The notes below the pieces were generated by a model. That model was not told the DNA's origin, made no database searches, and saw only the letters and a list, made by a program, of their open reading frames with translations. From Selaginella moellendorffii (taxonomy: Eukaryota > Plantae > Lycopodiophyta), in the NCBI RefSeq assembly GCF_000143415.4, contig NW_003314305.1:867709-931708 (forward strand): a DNA stretch of 64,000 bases, in the 5' to 3' direction. The translations under genes were made by a program, and so were the position numbers. Position 1 is the stretch's first letter. Each line of letters starts with the position of its first letter. This document shows positions 62,196 through 64,000 of the stretch, in pieces.

Positions 62196-62387
62196 AAGCA
62201 TCAACGGGCAGCGCCACGAATACCATGATTTAAATCCAAGCATTAAGCTGGCAGGATTACTTGGACGCAACAGCTTAACCTTCGCAGAAGCAAAGCCAAA
62301 GAATAAAACTCCACTCTTTTACCGTTGAAAGTGCTGACCATAGAAAAGTCAACCATGTCTGACTAGCTCGAGTTCTTTGATCCACAC

Positions 62388-64000
62388 TCATTTTTCCGTG
62401 AATTCGATGAGCTGAGCGACGACGCCAGGATCGGCCAAGGTGCTGATGTCTCCCAGATCATCCAGCTGCTTGGAGGCGATCTTGCGGAGAATTCTTCGCA
62501 TGATCTTGCCGCTCCTCGTCTTTGGCAGGCCGGGGGCCCAGTGGATCGCGTCTGGAGCAGCGAAAGCTCCAATCTGCGGTGTACACACATTACGATTACC
62601 CGAGAAAACTTTCGCCACAACACCTCCTCTTACCTGGCATCGCACAGTTGATATCAAGCTCGACTTTAAATCTGCCGTGTACTCGACTCCTTCGTTGAGT
62701 GTCACGAAGGCATAGATTCCCTGACCCTTGACCTGCGAGGAGTTTCAAGATGAGATTGATACTTCAAAATGAGCTCTTGTTTTACCTCGTGATCGATGCC
62801 AACCACGGCAGCCTCGGCTGCCAGAGGATGCGCGACAAGAGCCGACTCTACTTCAGCAGTGCCAATGCGGTGTCCACTGCACAGCCCCACAACTCCAGTT
62901 ACTTGAGCTGCAACAAAACAAATCCAGAGAAACAGACAAAACGTTACCTCACGTTGATAACGTCGTCCACACGGCCTGTCAACCAGTAGTAGCCATCTTT
63001 ATCCCTGAATGGAATAGAGAGAAATAGTCAGAAAGAGCAAACGACCGAAGTTTGAAAGCAATAGACCTGCGACAGCCGTCGCCGCTGAAGTAGAATCCTT
63101 TGAAAGGAGCGAAATAGGTAGTTTCGTATCGCGCGTGATCACCGTAAAGACTTCGAAATATGCCCGGCCAAGAGGCTTTCATGCACAGGAATCCCGTGCA
63201 TTCTCCGTCGAGTTCCTTGCCATTCTCGTCCACGACTGCTGGCTGCCACGACAAAAAACGCAACCGTATCAAGGAACGCAGATACCGGAAAGAGATGAAT
63301 ACCTGTACACCGAAGAAAGGTAGCGTGGCTGAGCCCGGCTTCAGAGGCCAACAGCCAGGTAAGGGTGTTATCTGGAAGAAAACAAGAGTGAAATGCCTTT
63401 TTGGTGTCGACAAGAATATGTACCATGAAGCCACCGGTCTCTGTTTGCCACCAGGTGTCTGCAATGGGACAGCGACTATCACCGACAACTTCGAAATACC
63501 ACCTGGAAAGCACCATCTTTAAATAACGCAGCATGCTCAAAGGTGGGAGCCCATACCTCCACGCGCTTGGATTGATCGGTTCACCGACGCTTCCTAAAAC
63601 GCGCAAGGACTTTCGCGAATGCCGTTTCACTGGCTGGAAACAAGAAAATTCTTCAACGATTCACAGAATAAGGTAATCAATACCTCATCTCCTGATCTCA
63701 TCAATGCTCGAATCGCTGTCGGGGCCGTGTAGAAAATGGTAACGTGGTATTTGTCCACAATCTCCCAACACCGACCAGCGTCGGGGTAATTTGGAACCTA
63801 CACAAAGAGCCAAGTGAGTTCACGAGACAACCGGGCAAATACGAATGCTGACCCCCTCAAAGATCAAGACAGTCGCTTTGTTCAATAAAGGGCCATAAGT
63901 GACGTAGCTGTGACCAGTGATCCATCCGCAATCTGCAGTACACCTGACATGGCATTACCTTGACTCGTGAAACAGTAACAAAAAATAAAACATTGTTGAA
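62388..64000 (-). CDS. ACS: Acetyl-CoA synthetase, 3' exons (5' part outside window)
   Basis: [54 protein letters not shown] and [12 protein letters not shown] motifs across short GT-AG introns. Confidence 0.96.

Overview
Eukaryotic land-plant nuclear DNA. Dense genes, 50-70 bp GT-AG introns, a FAM184-like gene and a 100-N scaffold gap suggest a lycophyte such as Selaginella (inference). The left ~35 kb is a tandem segmental duplication of a FAM184-like / COPI-associated (TVP15-like) / FUSC-like block. The right copy (28.1-36.9 kb) looks intact. The left copy (<1-23.2 kb) is pseudogenised and carries nested TEs: two divergent decayed Ty3/gypsy halves, a 673-bp TRIM, a solo LTR, and a hAT element (8-bp TSD) interrupted by a young non-autonomous LTR element (5-bp TSD). 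Several insertions are confirmed by empty sites inside the window. An ankyrin-repeat/TM gene separates the two copies. The right part holds further COPI-associated copies, decayed TE-like DNA with a Crinkler-like remnant, an intact BCS1-type AAA-ATPase, an inverted paralog of it whose ATPase core is internally inverted, an F-box gene, a CHCH gene, tRNA-Ala(AGC), a CCX exchanger, histone H1 and the 3' part of acetyl-CoA synthetase. No single clearly new biological system is demonstrated. Best leads: tandem tRNA T-loop hairpins inside the non-autonomous LTR element, the antisense-core AAA paralog, the plant FAM184 homolog and the Crinkler-like remnant. All family assignments are by eye from remembered motifs; no searches were run.
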